64,000 nt of DNA from Mustelus asterias (lineage: Eukaryota). Position 1 is the stretch's first letter. Each line of letters opens with the position of its first letter. The notes below the pieces were generated by a model. The model was not told the origin of the DNA. It did no database searches and saw only the letters and a list, made by a program, of their open reading frames with translations. The stretch lies in the NCBI RefSeq assembly GCF_964213995.1, contig NC_135809.1:109058001-109122000 (forward strand). The letters are read 5' to 3'. The position numbers were made by a program, and so were the translations under genes. This document shows, in pieces, positions 63,596 to 64,000 of this stretch.

Positions 63596-64000
63596 ACATG
63601 GTGCTTAAAAATCTATCTAAATAGTGCAGCCCTTCACCGTGCCATCTTAGTGCTAATGCAACTTCCTAACCTTGCGTCTACTATTATATGTCTATGTCCC
63701 CAGAATGTACATCAGAGGTGGAGGGTGCCAGCTGCCTACCACGCCCTGTGGCCTGTGTTGCGCTCAGTGAGCGTCCTCTGGAGGGCCTGGACCTTGAGGG
63801 CCTTGGCCTGCTTCGAGGTGTCTGTGACGTATCCATCCCACCCTCTTCGTTCCACTGCCCCTGAGATGCCCTGGTATCAGGAAGGGAGGAGTCAGAGGGC
63901 GCAGTCACAGCTACAGTCTCCTGGCTGGAAGGTCCCGGCATGGGCTCGAGCCCTTCCTCATCCCTTGGGGTTCCTGTGGGCCCCTGGGTCACTCCATGGG

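Larger units (their letters stand above)
60829..64000 (+). mobile_element. PIF/Harbinger transposon, continues beyond the window
   Basis: TIR GGGGGTGATTTTACCAT at 60829; transposase remnant; second ORF C-terminus on - at 63684-63992. Confidence 0.9.

Overview
Vertebrate genomic DNA, almost certainly a shark or other elasmobranch, judged from a V-SINE, CR1 LINEs and Penelope-like hammerhead repeats. The window holds parts of what look like two tandem, same-strand immunoglobulin-superfamily genes of the B7-H6/NCR3LG1-like type, buried in transposons. Gene 1 contributes an atypical C1-like Ig exon lacking the canonical cysteines (535-963). Gene 2 contributes a probable promoter and leader (about 54330-54475) and an IgV exon (60155-60490). 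The main result concerns the ~2.0-kb tandem repeat at about 10.8-41.4 kb, which has older relatives at 2.7-5.3 kb and 42.8-46.1 kb. It does not look like a simple satellite: each unit is an intron plus one 93-nt symmetric (phase 1-1) exon with AG/GT sites. Thirteen consecutive copies are open in the frame of the upstream Ig exon, two older copies (90 and 96 nt) keep frame despite indels, and copy 14 carries a stop. Gene 1 would therefore encode an Ig-like domain followed by about 465 aa of polymorphic 31-aa hydrophilic repeats. Splicing is inferred from sequence only. The rest is transposable elements: two decayed Harbinger elements, nested Harbinger-type MITEs, a CpG-rich hAT-type MITE, CR1 and Rex/Babar-type LINEs, a Gypsy remnant, SINEs and Penelope fragments.
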